A stretch of DNA of 64,000 bases from a bacterium (GTDB lineage Bacteria > Zhuqueibacterota > Zhuqueibacteria > Residuimicrobiales > Krinioviventaceae), in NCBI GenBank assembly GCA_963693055.1, contig OY843751.1:2912001-2976000 (forward strand), in the 5' to 3' direction. Below the pieces are notes generated by a model. It made no database searches. It was not told the origin of the DNA and saw nothing but the letters and a program-made list of their open reading frames with translations. Below are positions 1 through 9,834 of this stretch, in pieces. Position numbers and translations under genes: made by a program. Every line of letters starts with the position of its first letter. Within the stretch, counting starts at the first letter, position 1.

Positions 1-795
1 GATAAATACATGATCATGATATACCTGGGAATTTCCTTGCTCATCAATTATAATCGGATTCTCATCAACACGAATTATCAAAGTTATATTTTTCCGCTGC
101 AAACCCAGCTTGCGGGTAGCATCAAAGTCAAAATCTCTTACATAGACATCACCATCAATTGCCGGAATGATCCGTATTGTACCGTAACGGTTTCTAAAGA
201 AACGGTAAACGCTTTCAAAGGACTTTTGGGTTGATAACACAAATACATTTGCATCAGAACCCAACTCTTCCATTTCCATTAACGCAACTTCTTCTTCCAA
301 TTTCCCTTCATATGTAAGATTTCCTGCCAGCTTTCTCAAGTCTTCAATAGACCTATCTAAATTCTGAGGCAAATCTACTGTTACCGGATAGCTGATAAGA
401 AAAATATCAATCCGTGTTGGCCAAAAACTGCTGGCAACACGTGGAATTTTAACAGGATAAATCTCTATTCTGTTTGCTGATTGTCGGTTAATTTCAGAAA
501 AATTATATACCAACCTGTCACCTACCTTGTAAAACCGCTGACCACATAATCTCGTATAATGAGCAACAACGGTACGTGGATCATCACGGGTTAAAAAACT
601 CATAATGCGCATTGTACGAGCTTTGGGAAATTTGACCTGCTCTCGTTTTTCAAGATATTCTACAAAATCATTGTCACTAAAAGAATCCGGATATTCAAAC
701 TCTTCAAATGTACTTTCCCGAAATAGTATCTGGGAAAACAAAGAAGTTGAGAATAAAAGCAAAAACAAAACGAAAATTAGTCTGGTATATTTCAT
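1..795 (-). CDS. Hypothetical exported protein, 3' end truncated by the window edge (not in ORF track)
   Basis: Read manually: ATG at 795 (MKYTRLIFVLFLLLFSTSLFSQ, signal-peptide-like), frame open to position 1, 11 nt downstream of hisI. Confidence 0.8.
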   Translation of the reverse strand, partial: MKYTRLIFVLFLLLFSTSLFSQILFRESTFEEFEYPDSFSDNDFVEYLEKREQVKFPKARTMRIMSFLTRDDPRTVVAHYTRLCGQRFYKVGDRLVYNFSEINRQSANRIEIYPVKIPRVASSFWPTRIDIFLISYPVTVDLPQNLDRSIEDLRKLAGNLTYEGKLEEEVALMEMEELGSDANVFVLSTQKSFESVYRFFRNRYGTIRIIPAIDGDVYVRDFDFDATRKLGLQRKNITLIIRVDENPIIIDEQGNSQVYHDHVFI

Positions 796-806
796 AATAA
801 CCACAT

Positions 807-1160
807 TTATTTGGATTCAAGTTTCCATGAAAAACAACTGCGCTTGTTTGTATGACAAGTGGGACCTTTTGCTATTGCTTTAACCAGAATTGTATCATTA
901 TCACAATCTGTATACAATTCCACCAACTGCAAAAAGTTTCCTGAAGTTTCTCCCTTTGTCCAGTATTCCTGGCGTGAACGGCTCCAAAACGTAACCAATT
1001 GTTTTTCCAGTGTCATCTTTACACTGTCTTTATTCATATAGCCCAACATCAATACTGCGCCATCTGCGTTATCCTGAACAATTGCAGGGATTAATCCCTT
1101 GTCATCAAACTTTAATCTATTGATAAAATCTTCTGTTGTTACATTTTCAATTTCTGACAT
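807..1160 (-). CDS. hisI: Phosphoribosyl-AMP cyclohydrolase (monofunctional)
   Basis: [31 protein letters not shown] motifs; his operon context. Confidence 0.95.
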   Translation of the reverse strand: MSEIENVTTEDFINRLKFDDKGLIPAIVQDNADGAVLMLGYMNKDSVKMTLEKQLVTFWSRSRQEYWTKGETSGNFLQLVELYTDCDNDTILVKAIAKGPTCHTNKRSCFSWKLESK

Positions 1161-1905
1161 GAATGTTCCTCTCTTTTAAATAATCTTTAACTTCTCGAAT
1201 TGAATTTTCACGGTAATGAAAAATTGAAGCTGCTAGTGCAGCATCTGCAGCACCATCACGAAATACATCTTTAAAATGTTTTAATTCACCACAACCACCG
1301 GATGCAATAACGGGTATACTGACTGCCTGGGAAATGGTACGTGTTAATTCTATATCAAAACCAATCTTGGTACCATCACGGTCCATTGATGTCAAAAGAA
1401 TTTCTCCTGCTCCCATTTCTTCGGCTTCCTGGGCCCATTCAAGCGCATCTCTTTCAACAGGCTCTCTACCACCATATATATAAACCTGCCAGGATTTGTC
1501 ATCTTTTCTTTTGGCATCAATTGCTAAGACTGTCGCCTGACTGCCATACCTCTCGGCACATTCCCTTAACAAATCAGGATTATGGACTGCTGCAGTATTC
1601 ATTGTTACCTTGTCTGCACCGTTTTTCAACAAAACCTGTGCATCTTGCGCAGTTCTAACACCTCCGCCAACAGTCAGTGGCATAAAAACCTGTTCAGCCG
1701 TCCGTCTCACTACATCCAGCATTATCTCCCGCTTATCAGATGATGCGGTAATATCCAGAAAAACAAGCTCATCTGCACCATGTTCATCGTAATATTTTGC
1801 CTGTTCAACGGGATCACCCGCATCTACAAGGTTTAAGAAATTGATTCCTTTTACCACGCGTCCTTCTGTTACATCAAGACAAGGTATTATCCGTTTTGCT
1901 AACAT
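1147..1905 (-). CDS. hisF: Imidazole glycerol phosphate synthase cyclase subunit
   Basis: [32 protein letters not shown]. Confidence 0.97.
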   Translation of the reverse strand: MLAKRIIPCLDVTEGRVVKGINFLNLVDAGDPVEQAKYYDEHGADELVFLDITASSDKREIMLDVVRRTAEQVFMPLTVGGGVRTAQDAQVLLKNGADKVTMNTAAVHNPDLLRECAERYGSQATVLAIDAKRKDDKSWQVYIYGGREPVERDALEWAQEAEEMGAGEILLTSMDRDGTKIGFDIELTRTISQAVSIPVIASGGCGELKHFKDVFRDGAADAALAASIFHYRENSIREVKDYLKERNIHVRN

Positions 1906-1916
1906 ATTTCAATCTT

Positions 1917-2642
1917 TCAATTAAACATTTCATTCAACTTTTGTAAATCAACTTTATTTTCATAAATGGCAGTACCTACTATTGCGCCATCAATATTGGG
2001 TTCATTTCTATCAGCAAGGGCCTGAAACTGTTCATAATTTGCAAAACCACCCGAAGCAATGACCTTTAATCCGCTTTTTGCAGCCAGGTTTAGAGTATTT
2101 TCAATATTGGGACCTGTTAATGCGCCGTCACGATCAACATCGGTGTATACAATACGTATTACACCTTTTGATTTCATATCAGCGGCTAAATCATATACAT
2201 CTTTGTCAGTTTGGGTTTCCCAGCCATCAACAGCAACTTTGTTATTTCTTGCGTCTATTCCAACTACAATCCGTTCGGGACCGAACTCATCTACAACTTG
2301 CTTAATCATATCAGGATTATTGATGGCTGTTGTGCCAATAATTACCCGGTCTACACCAAGTTCAAGCCAGTTTTTGACATCATCTATGGTACGGATACCA
2401 CCACCCAGCTCTACTGGTATATCTATTGATTTTACAATATCTTTGATTACTTGCATATTTTTTTGGGCCCTACCAAAAGCACCATCCAGATTTATTAAAT
2501 GAAGATATTTTGAACCCAGTTCCTGCCAATGTTTAGCCATTTGTGGAGGATTATCACTGTATTGCTTTGCAGTATTCTCTACACCTTTTTTTAAGCGAAC
2601 ACATTGTCCGCCTAACAAATCGATTGCCGGTAAAATTATCAC
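1917..2642 (-). CDS. hisA: ProFAR isomerase
   Basis: PAIDLLGGQCVRL, LDGA, GGGIR, TDVDRDG. Confidence 0.96.
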   Translation of the reverse strand: MIILPAIDLLGGQCVRLKKGVENTAKQYSDNPPQMAKHWQELGSKYLHLINLDGAFGRAQKNMQVIKDIVKSIDIPVELGGGIRTIDDVKNWLELGVDRVIIGTTAINNPDMIKQVVDEFGPERIVVGIDARNNKVAVDGWETQTDKDVYDLAADMKSKGVIRIVYTDVDRDGALTGPNIENTLNLAAKSGLKVIASGGFANYEQFQALADRNEPNIDGAIVGTAIYENKVDLQKLNEMFN

Positions 2643-2653
2643 GTATCAGCCTC

Positions 2654-3253
2654 TTAGATATTTACAAAATTTTCAAGTACTTGTAGTCCCATTTTCTGTG
2701 ATTTTTCCGGATGAAACTGCAATCCGAATACATTTTCTTTATTTACGGCAACTGGAACTCTCATACCGTAATCGGTTTCACCAATAATGATTCCACTATT
2801 CTCAGGTGAAATATAATATGAATGAGCAAAATAAAAGAAACTCTGATCAGCAATATTGTTCCACAAGGGTGATTCAGTTATGGGAATAAGCACATTCCAA
2901 CCCAAATGCGGAACCTTTAGATCTTTGGAAAAACGCTTTACAGGTCCTTTAAAAACAGACAATCCCTTAACGCCGGGACTTTCTTCGCTTGATTCAAACA
3001 ACAATTGCATACCCAGGCATATCCCTAAAAAGGGCTTACCTTTATCAATACTCTCTAATAAGGTATCACGCAAACCAAGCTGATCAATCTTTTCAACAGC
3101 TTTGCCAAAAGCGCCTACACCGGGAAAGATTACCTTATCTGCTTCAAGTATTTCTTTAGGACTAGAAGTAACTTTTGCTTCCGTACCCGTATGCTCGACT
3201 GCTTTTTGAACACTTCTCAGGTTACCAGCTTCATAATCCACTATACATATCAT
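2654..3253 (-). CDS. hisH: Imidazole glycerol phosphate synthase glutaminase subunit
   Basis: PGVGAF, GICLGMQ, QFHPEKS (Cys-His-Glu triad). Confidence 0.96.
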   Translation of the reverse strand: MICIVDYEAGNLRSVQKAVEHTGTEAKVTSSPKEILEADKVIFPGVGAFGKAVEKIDQLGLRDTLLESIDKGKPFLGICLGMQLLFESSEESPGVKGLSVFKGPVKRFSKDLKVPHLGWNVLIPITESPLWNNIADQSFFYFAHSYYISPENSGIIIGETDYGMRVPVAVNKENVFGLQFHPEKSQKMGLQVLENFVNI

Positions 3254-3840
3254 AAAAGAACTCCTTTTGTCGAAGGTATATCAGTTAACCGGTTATCTGC
3301 TTCCAGTGCCATACGCAAAGCCCGTGCGGTTGCCTTAATCATAGATTCAAATGCATGGTGTTGATTGGTACCATATAACAGGGATACATGCAAAGTGATT
3401 TTGGCATTTATTGCAAAAGCGCGCAAAAATTCGGAAAACAATTCTCCATCAAAATCGCCAACCATTTTAGGCTCCAGGCTGCAATCATAGTGAAAAAAAC
3501 CTCTTCCACTAATATCAACTACTGTTCTGGCCAGTGCTTCATCTAATGGACAAAAGGCATTTCCATAGCGGGTTATACCTTTGGCAGTACCCAGGGCTTT
3601 TTCAAAAACCTGCCCCAATACAATACCGGTATCTTCAACAGTATGGTGACCATCAATGTGCAAATCACCTTTGACTTTTACTTGCAAATCAATTGCACAA
3701 TGCTTTGTAAAAGCATCTAAAAGATGATCAAAAAAGCCAATACCTGTGCTAATTTGGCCTTTACCGGTACCATCCAGATCCAGTTTAATCTGGATATCTG
3801 TTTCACGGGTTTTACGACTCAATTCTGCTGTTCTACTCAT
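3250..3840 (-). CDS. hisB: Imidazoleglycerol-phosphate dehydratase (monofunctional)
   Basis: RKTRETDI, TGIGFFDH, DGHHTVED, NQHHAFE, PSTKG. Confidence 0.96.
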   Translation of the reverse strand: MSRTAELSRKTRETDIQIKLDLDGTGKGQISTGIGFFDHLLDAFTKHCAIDLQVKVKGDLHIDGHHTVEDTGIVLGQVFEKALGTAKGITRYGNAFCPLDEALARTVVDISGRGFFHYDCSLEPKMVGDFDGELFSEFLRAFAINAKITLHVSLLYGTNQHHAFESMIKATARALRMALEADNRLTDIPSTKGVLL

Positions 3841-3843
3841 AAT

Positions 3844-4908
3844 TTATTCCTGAACAGTTTCAGTTAGTTTTTCAATAAACAGATCATTTTCATAACGGTT
3901 CCCAATCGTTAAACGCTGGAATCCTTTTAGTAATGGATAGCCACTTAGATTTCTGACCAATATACCACGATTTTTCAACTCGTTAAACAAATCTATGTCT
4001 TTGCTGCTATTAAACATAACAAAATTAGCAGATGACCTATAAACATTAATCGATGGGATATCCTGCATTTGCTGCATTAATCTTGCTCTCTCTTCAGTCA
4101 AATAAGCAACCTGCTTTTTCATGATTGAAAGATCATCCAATAATCTGTTAGCAACAAGTTCTGTAAAAATATTAACATTATAAGGAATGTTGATCTTTTC
4201 GAGCTGCTCAATTATAGGTCGTTTTGCCAAAAAATAGCCAAACCGCAATCCTGCAAGACTAAAAGCTTTAGAAAAAGTTCGTGAAACAATCAGGTTCTCA
4301 TATTTATTTAACAACGAGATCGCTGAAAGTTCCGTAAATTCTCCGTATGCCTCATCAAAAAAGACAAGCCCCTTTGCAATAGAACATATTTTTTCAACAT
4401 CATCCATTTCCATTTCATAGCCAGTAGGATTACCAGGAGAACATAAAACGATCAACTTGGGTTGCTCTTTTTTAATTACATCCACTACCTGATCAATAGG
4501 ATATTCTTTGCCAGGCTCATGCATAACTTTAAGACTTTTGGCGTTCAATAGATCAGCAAACATTTCATACAAAGAAAATACAGGGGGATTATATAATACG
4601 TTATCTCCCACTTCAAGTACTGCTGTAAATAAAGTCTGCAAAATCTGATTAGAGCCACTGCCAAGCAAGATTTGATCAGCATCAACATGATGCCAACTAG
4701 CAAGTTTTGCCCTTAATTCAGGAGAAGAGTTTACGGGATACCGGTTCCAACTCAATGATTCTGCCTTTTTGCACAAATCAGCTTTTATATTCTCTGGCAC
4801 ATCAAATGGATTTTCATTCTGGTTCAATTTAGCCAAAAAGTCTTTTTGAGGTGGTGAGGTGTAACCATTCATCTGTACTACTGATTTTTTAAACCACGCT
4901 TCTTTCAT
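3844..4908 (-). CDS. hisC: Histidinol-phosphate aminotransferase
   Basis: NENP, NRYP, DEAY, RTFSKAFSLAGLR PLP-lysine motif. Confidence 0.95.
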   Translation of the reverse strand: MKEAWFKKSVVQMNGYTSPPQKDFLAKLNQNENPFDVPENIKADLCKKAESLSWNRYPVNSSPELRAKLASWHHVDADQILLGSGSNQILQTLFTAVLEVGDNVLYNPPVFSLYEMFADLLNAKSLKVMHEPGKEYPIDQVVDVIKKEQPKLIVLCSPGNPTGYEMEMDDVEKICSIAKGLVFFDEAYGEFTELSAISLLNKYENLIVSRTFSKAFSLAGLRFGYFLAKRPIIEQLEKINIPYNVNIFTELVANRLLDDLSIMKKQVAYLTEERARLMQQMQDIPSINVYRSSANFVMFNSSKDIDLFNELKNRGILVRNLSGYPLLKGFQRLTIGNRYENDLFIEKLTETVQE

Positions 4909-6191
4909 TTATCCATCCGCCTGTATATAGATTGTGCATGTGCAGTTAATGCTTCACTGTTTGCAAATTTAATAATCTTGTTACCATGCTTTTGAATAGC
5001 TTTTTGAGAATAATGGATAATACTGCTGGTTTTCAAAAAATCTTCGGTACGTAACGGACTAAAAAATCGTGCAGATCCATTTGTTGGTAATACATGGTTT
5101 GGTCCTGCCCAATAATCTCCTACAGCTTCGGGTGAATAGGAACCTAAAAAGATGGCGCCCGCATTTGTGATATTTTCAACAGCTTCCCATGCGTTTTCTA
5201 CATGTAAACCCAAATGTTCAGGTGCAAGTCGATTAGATATCTCTATACATTCCTGCATGGAATCAGCAAGTATGACAGCACCATAATCATTCAGCGATGA
5301 ATCAATAATCTCTGAACGTTCAAGTAAATTAGTTTGTTTTTCTACCTGCTCTATTACATTGTTGGCAAGGGTTTCTGAATCCGTTATCACAATAGAGGAT
5401 GCTAGCGGATCATGCTCTGCCTGGGCCAGCAAATCTGCTGCTACATATTCAGCGTTTGCAGTCGAATCTGCCAATACCACAACTTCACTTGGACCGGCAA
5501 CCATGTCAATACCAATTTGTCCGTACAGCATTTTTTTTGCTGTGGCTACATAGATATTGCCGGGGCCAACAATCTTGTCAACTCGTGGTATGGTAGCTGT
5601 ACCAAATGCCATTGCTGCAATTGCCTGAGCGCCACCCACACGAAAAACACGGGTTATACCCAGTTCATATGCTGCGGCAAGAATTGTTGGATTGACATTT
5701 CCATCCTTATCCGCAGGAGTGGTAACAATAATCTCCTTAACTCCGGCAACCTGGGCCGGTACAACACCCATCAGCATGGATGATGGATACGCGGCACGGC
5801 CTCCGGGTACATATATGCCAACCCGTTCAAGGGGCATAACTCGTTGCCCCAGTACAACGCCGTCTTCTTCCCAACTCATCCAGGATTGTGGCAATCCTTT
5901 ACTGTGAAAACGCTTGATATTATCGCGTGACTCCCGGATCACCTCTAACAATTGCGGATCAAGATTGGCATGTGCTTTTTTCAATACGTCAAGAGGTACT
6001 TTGATACCCATTGCGGAAAGATCTACATTGTCAAATTTTTCCGTGTATTCTAAAAGGGCCGCATCTTTACGTGTACGGATATTTTTTAGGATAACCGTAA
6101 CGGCGTTGTCGATTTCATCGGAAACCTGTGTACGTCTGGATTCAAATTTGTCCAGAAAGGTCTTAATTTCTTCTTTTTGATAAAGATTCAT
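4905..6191 (-). CDS. hisD: Histidinol dehydrogenase
   Basis: GIYVPGG, GGAQAIAA, GPGNIYV, AGPSE, QAEHD, APEHL, GPNHVLPT. Confidence 0.97.
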   Translation of the reverse strand: MNLYQKEEIKTFLDKFESRRTQVSDEIDNAVTVILKNIRTRKDAALLEYTEKFDNVDLSAMGIKVPLDVLKKAHANLDPQLLEVIRESRDNIKRFHSKGLPQSWMSWEEDGVVLGQRVMPLERVGIYVPGGRAAYPSSMLMGVVPAQVAGVKEIIVTTPADKDGNVNPTILAAAYELGITRVFRVGGAQAIAAMAFGTATIPRVDKIVGPGNIYVATAKKMLYGQIGIDMVAGPSEVVVLADSTANAEYVAADLLAQAEHDPLASSIVITDSETLANNVIEQVEKQTNLLERSEIIDSSLNDYGAVILADSMQECIEISNRLAPEHLGLHVENAWEAVENITNAGAIFLGSYSPEAVGDYWAGPNHVLPTNGSARFFSPLRTEDFLKTSSIIHYSQKAIQKHGNKIIKFANSEALTAHAQSIYRRMDK

Positions 6192-6205
6192 TTTTCTATC
6201 CGTTT

Positions 6206-7102
6206 TTAAAAAATGACTTTATTTAAAGGATACTCTATTATATCCTGTGCCCCTGCACGTTTTAGTGTAGGAATTAAATCTTTGATCATTTTTTCTTCTA
6301 CAATGATTTCTACAGCAACCCAGTCTTCACCATAAAGCGATGAAATAGTTGGCTTTTTCATGGCAGGTAAAACATTGATCAATTCATCAATTTTATTTTT
6401 AGGAAGATTCATTTTCAAACCCACCTTACCTTCCGCCTGAATTGCACTTTGCAATAACATGTTTAAATCTTCAATTTTTTGACGCTTTTCGGGAATCTCC
6501 CAGCTGGCTTTATTGGCAACAATCAAAGTACGGGATTCTAAAAGTGTATCAACAATCCGTAAATTATTTGCACGTAAAGAGCTGCCGGTTTCGGTCACTT
6601 CTACAATTGCATCTACAAGTGTGGGGGCTTTAACTTCTGTTGCTCCCCATGAAAACTCTACCTCTGCATTAACACCGTTTTTTTCGAGATAATCCTGGGT
6701 CAATTGTACAATTTCTGTGGCTATGCGTTTTCCTTCAAGATCTTTAACGCTTTTAATATCAGAATCATTCGGTACAGCCAATACCCAGCGAACAGGACGC
6801 ATGGTAGCTTTGGCGTATGTCAATTCACCCACTTCAACCACATCCGCGCGGTTTTCCATAACCCAGTCTCGACCGGTCAGACCGACATCGAATACACCGT
6901 CTTCAACATATTTTGCAATTTCCTGGGCACGAATTAAAATCGCCTGGATGTTTTCATCATCAATAGATGGAAAATAGGAACGTGAACTGACAGAAAAATA
7001 ATATCCTGCTTTTTCAAGCAATCTAAAAGTGGATTCCTGCAAACTGCCCTTAGGTAAACCTACCTTTAAAACTGTATCATTTAATGTACTGAGACTGGCC
7101 AT
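6206..7102 (-). CDS. hisG: ATP phosphoribosyltransferase, long form
   Basis: [25 protein letters not shown]-terminal regulatory domain. Confidence 0.96.
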   Translation of the reverse strand: MASLSTLNDTVLKVGLPKGSLQESTFRLLEKAGYYFSVSSRSYFPSIDDENIQAILIRAQEIAKYVEDGVFDVGLTGRDWVMENRADVVEVGELTYAKATMRPVRWVLAVPNDSDIKSVKDLEGKRIATEIVQLTQDYLEKNGVNAEVEFSWGATEVKAPTLVDAIVEVTETGSSLRANNLRIVDTLLESRTLIVANKASWEIPEKRQKIEDLNMLLQSAIQAEGKVGLKMNLPKNKIDELINVLPAMKKPTISSLYGEDWVAVEIIVEEKMIKDLIPTLKRAGAQDIIEYPLNKVIF

Positions 7103-7132
7103 AATTCAATTCTCCTGATTTAATTCATAAAC

Positions 7133-7164
7133 AAAAAAAAAGCCCACCGAAATTTCGGTGGGCT
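7133..7164 (-). terminator. His attenuator terminator hairpin
   Basis: Perfect palindrome AGCCCACCGAAATTTCGGTGGGCT followed by a long U run on the minus strand, 30 nt upstream of hisG. Confidence 0.92.
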
Positions 7165-7210
7165 GTAATAAAAAAATATTTATAATGATATACTGGTCAT
7201 CCCACCTATT

Positions 7211-7258
7211 TTAGGTAATATGTAAATGATGGTGATGATGTACAGTATAATTTGGCAT
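7211..7258 (-). CDS. hisL: His operon leader peptide MPNYTVHHHHHLHIT (not in ORF track)
   Basis: Manual translation: 6 His codons in 15 aa; AAGGAAG RBS upstream; followed by antiterminator and terminator. Confidence 0.92.
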   Translation of the reverse strand: MPNYTVHHHHHLHIT

Positions 7259-7282
7259 GTATCTTCCTTAATTAATTATAGG

Positions 7283-7311
7283 AATATAACATTGATTTTT
7301 CATAAATGCAA
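7283..7311 (-). promoter_or_regulatory. Sigma70-type promoter of the his leader
   Basis: TTGCAT-N17-TATATT with TG extension on the minus strand. Confidence 0.6.
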
Positions 7312-7395
7312 GGGATTTTTTGGTAAAAGCTGCCAGCTATATGCTGTTAGCTGTTAGTTTTAAGTCATCAATAATCGGTTATCAGGTCTCAAATG

Positions 7396-7527
7396 AGATC
7401 TGATCGCCTGGTACTTGGGTACCGGGTGGTATATTACTTGAGAACATTTGTCCCTGCATACATTATTCAGGACTAAAGTCCTGCTCTACATTTGAGCCGG
7501 GCTCAAATGTACCCGGCGATCAAATTT
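7396..7527. repeat. Nested inverted repeats / REP-like element
   Basis: GATCGCCTGGTAC (7402-7414) pairs with GTACCCGGCGATC (7509-7521); inner palindromes CAGGACTAAAGTCCTG (7468-7483) and ACATTTGAGCCGGGCTCAAATGT (7488-7510). Confidence 0.55.
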
Positions 7528-7644
7528 ACACTCGTCATGTACAAGCCCTAAGCTATGAGCTGACAGCCAATAGCTTGTAACTATTATAATCTGGATTCAG
7601 GCTTTGGTTCATATCTTTATATGTAACATGAATTTGAGCCTCAA

Positions 7645-8829
7645 TTATTTTACCACCTTGTACACTTCACGAGCAACAACCAATTCCTCATTGGTCTCTA
7701 CAACCACAATTTTAACTTTGGATGAGGATTTAGAGATGACCGCCTCTCCATTTACGCTATTGTTCAACTCTTCGTCCAGTTCAATACCCAGGCATTCGAG
7801 TCCGGTACAGATTTCTTTACGGAACGGCGCACTCTTTTCACCAATGCCGCCGGTAAAGGACACCACATCACAGCCGCTCAAAACCGCATAATAGGCACCT
7901 ATGTAGGTTTTCACGCGATAACAATAGGTCTGCATGGCAAGTTTGGCGCGATTGTCACCGGCAAGGGCGTCTAATTCAATCTGGAGTACATCCTTGTTAC
8001 CGCCGGCAATGCCTGAAAGTCCACCCTGGGATTGTAAGAGCTCAGCTACCTCGTCAACACTCAGGTTTTCTTCTTTTTGCAGAAACAATGGTATGAACGG
8101 ATCGAGATCACCACATCGGTTAGCATTTAACAGTCCGCTTTGTGGTGAAAAGGACATGCTGGTATCCATAGACTCGCCGTTTTTAATGGCACACATGGAT
8201 GAGCTACCACCCAAATGGCAGGATATTACTTTAGCGTCATTGGGATCGATTTCGGCAAATGTAGGAGCATATTGTGAAATAAACCGGTGTGACGCCCCAT
8301 GGAATCCATATTTACGTATGCTGTGCTTTTGTTCCAGTTCGTAAGGAATGCCGGTCGTATAAGCATAATCGGGTATGGTTTTGTGAAACGCCGGTTCAAA
8401 TAATCCCACACACGGGATTTCAGGCACCAATGATTGAAAACTCTTGATGGCATTGATATATGGCGGATTATGGGCCGGGGCAAGAAATACATAATCTTCC
8501 ATGGCCTGCAAAACCTCATCATCCAGAACGCGGCATTCAATCATGCCTTTTCCATGGACGGTCTTGAAACCGATTGCACCTAATTCGCTCAATGATTTCA
8601 GTACCTTGTCATCACCCACCAGGCAATCGATACAGTATTGTAAAGCGTCGGTATAGCCGTTAAAAGACACAGTTTTCTTTTGCTCGGAATTCAATGCCTG
8701 AATAGCTATTTTAGATTCAGAATAACCGATATTCTCAATCTTGCCGCTGGCAAGTATCTCTTCGGTTTCCATATCAAACAATTTGAATTTAAATGAAGTG
8801 CTGCCTACATTGGCTACAAGAATTTTCAT
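7645..8829 (-). CDS. ackA: Acetate/propionate-family acyl kinase with atypical GFKTVH motif
   Basis: ANVGSTSFK, APAHN, YGFHGASH, CHLGGSSS, FTGGIGE, TNEE; start moved to the ATG at 8829. Confidence 0.88.
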   Translation of the reverse strand: MKILVANVGSTSFKFKLFDMETEEILASGKIENIGYSESKIAIQALNSEQKKTVSFNGYTDALQYCIDCLVGDDKVLKSLSELGAIGFKTVHGKGMIECRVLDDEVLQAMEDYVFLAPAHNPPYINAIKSFQSLVPEIPCVGLFEPAFHKTIPDYAYTTGIPYELEQKHSIRKYGFHGASHRFISQYAPTFAEIDPNDAKVISCHLGGSSSMCAIKNGESMDTSMSFSPQSGLLNANRCGDLDPFIPLFLQKEENLSVDEVAELLQSQGGLSGIAGGNKDVLQIELDALAGDNRAKLAMQTYCYRVKTYIGAYYAVLSGCDVVSFTGGIGEKSAPFRKEICTGLECLGIELDEELNNSVNGEAVISKSSSKVKIVVVETNEELVVAREVYKVVK

Positions 8830-8836
8830 TTTTCCC

Positions 8837-9793
8837 TCAATTTTTTTGCTGCTTTTCATACATTTCAGCGGCCAGGCACATTGCACCTACCATGCCTGCT
8901 TCATTACCCAATTGTGCACGTTTCAGTTTCAAACCAATCAGGTTGGGGCCCAGTGCATGCTTGCTCAATACTTTCCAAACTTCATCAACCAGTTCATCGC
9001 CCGCATCTGAAACACCACCACCAATCACAATTACTTTAGGATTAAAAACATTTGCAAGACTTGCAAGAGCAAAACCCAGGTAATTAGCAGTAATTTTCAA
9101 GGTTTCTAATGCTTCTTTTTCACCTTCTTTGATCCTGGCAAAGATATATTCGGTATTTATACCATCAATGGGAATGCTTTTCAATTCGCAGTAGGTCTCT
9201 ACAATACCTGTTGCCGAAGCATATCTTTCAATACATCCTACATTGTTACAGGGACACGGTTTACCATTTAGATCAACAGACATGTGCCCTATTTCAGCTC
9301 CGGCATAATTATAACCTCGATAGATTTCATTATTTAAAAGTATGCCACCGCCAATTCCTGTTCCCAGTGTCAAAGCAATCATGTATGCAGCACCTTTGGC
9401 GGCACCCTGACGTGCTTCAGCAAATGCCATTACATTTGCATCATTATCTGCCCATGTAGGTATATTAAAACGCCCCTCAATTTGTCCGCGAATATCTGCA
9501 TCAACCCATTTGGGTAAATTGGGTGTAGTGCCAACTTGTTTACCCGTTTCAAAGTTGATCGCACCGGGACTACCAAGACCAATCGCAATGACTTTAGCAT
9601 CCATTTTATCAGCTTCATCGATCAATTCCTGAATTGAATCCAGAATAACTTTGAATATCATTTCCATGCTTTCATGAGCCCTGCTTGGCGTTTTGCGTGA
9701 TATAATCAACTCGCCATCTTTGGTGCCCAAAGCATATTTTAAAAATGTTCCTCCCAAATCCAGACCAATTGCTAATTCCTTTTCCCTGGTCAT
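8837..9793 (-). CDS. ROK family sugar kinase (glucokinase-like)
   Basis: DLGGT, NDAN, LGTGIGGG, EIGH, CPCNNVGCIE zinc motif. Confidence 0.92.
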   Translation of the reverse strand: MTREKELAIGLDLGGTFLKYALGTKDGELIISRKTPSRAHESMEMIFKVILDSIQELIDEADKMDAKVIAIGLGSPGAINFETGKQVGTTPNLPKWVDADIRGQIEGRFNIPTWADNDANVMAFAEARQGAAKGAAYMIALTLGTGIGGGILLNNEIYRGYNYAGAEIGHMSVDLNGKPCPCNNVGCIERYASATGIVETYCELKSIPIDGINTEYIFARIKEGEKEALETLKITANYLGFALASLANVFNPKVIVIGGGVSDAGDELVDEVWKVLSKHALGPNLIGLKLKRAQLGNEAGMVGAMCLAAEMYEKQQKN

Positions 9794-9834
9794 TCAACCT
9801 CCGTAGTTCTTGTTAACCCAATCTCCTCGATATC

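Noticed and set aside
7320-7640. CRISPR array or tRNA in the largest intergenic gap
   Set aside because: No regularly spaced direct repeats and no cloverleaf or T-loop motif
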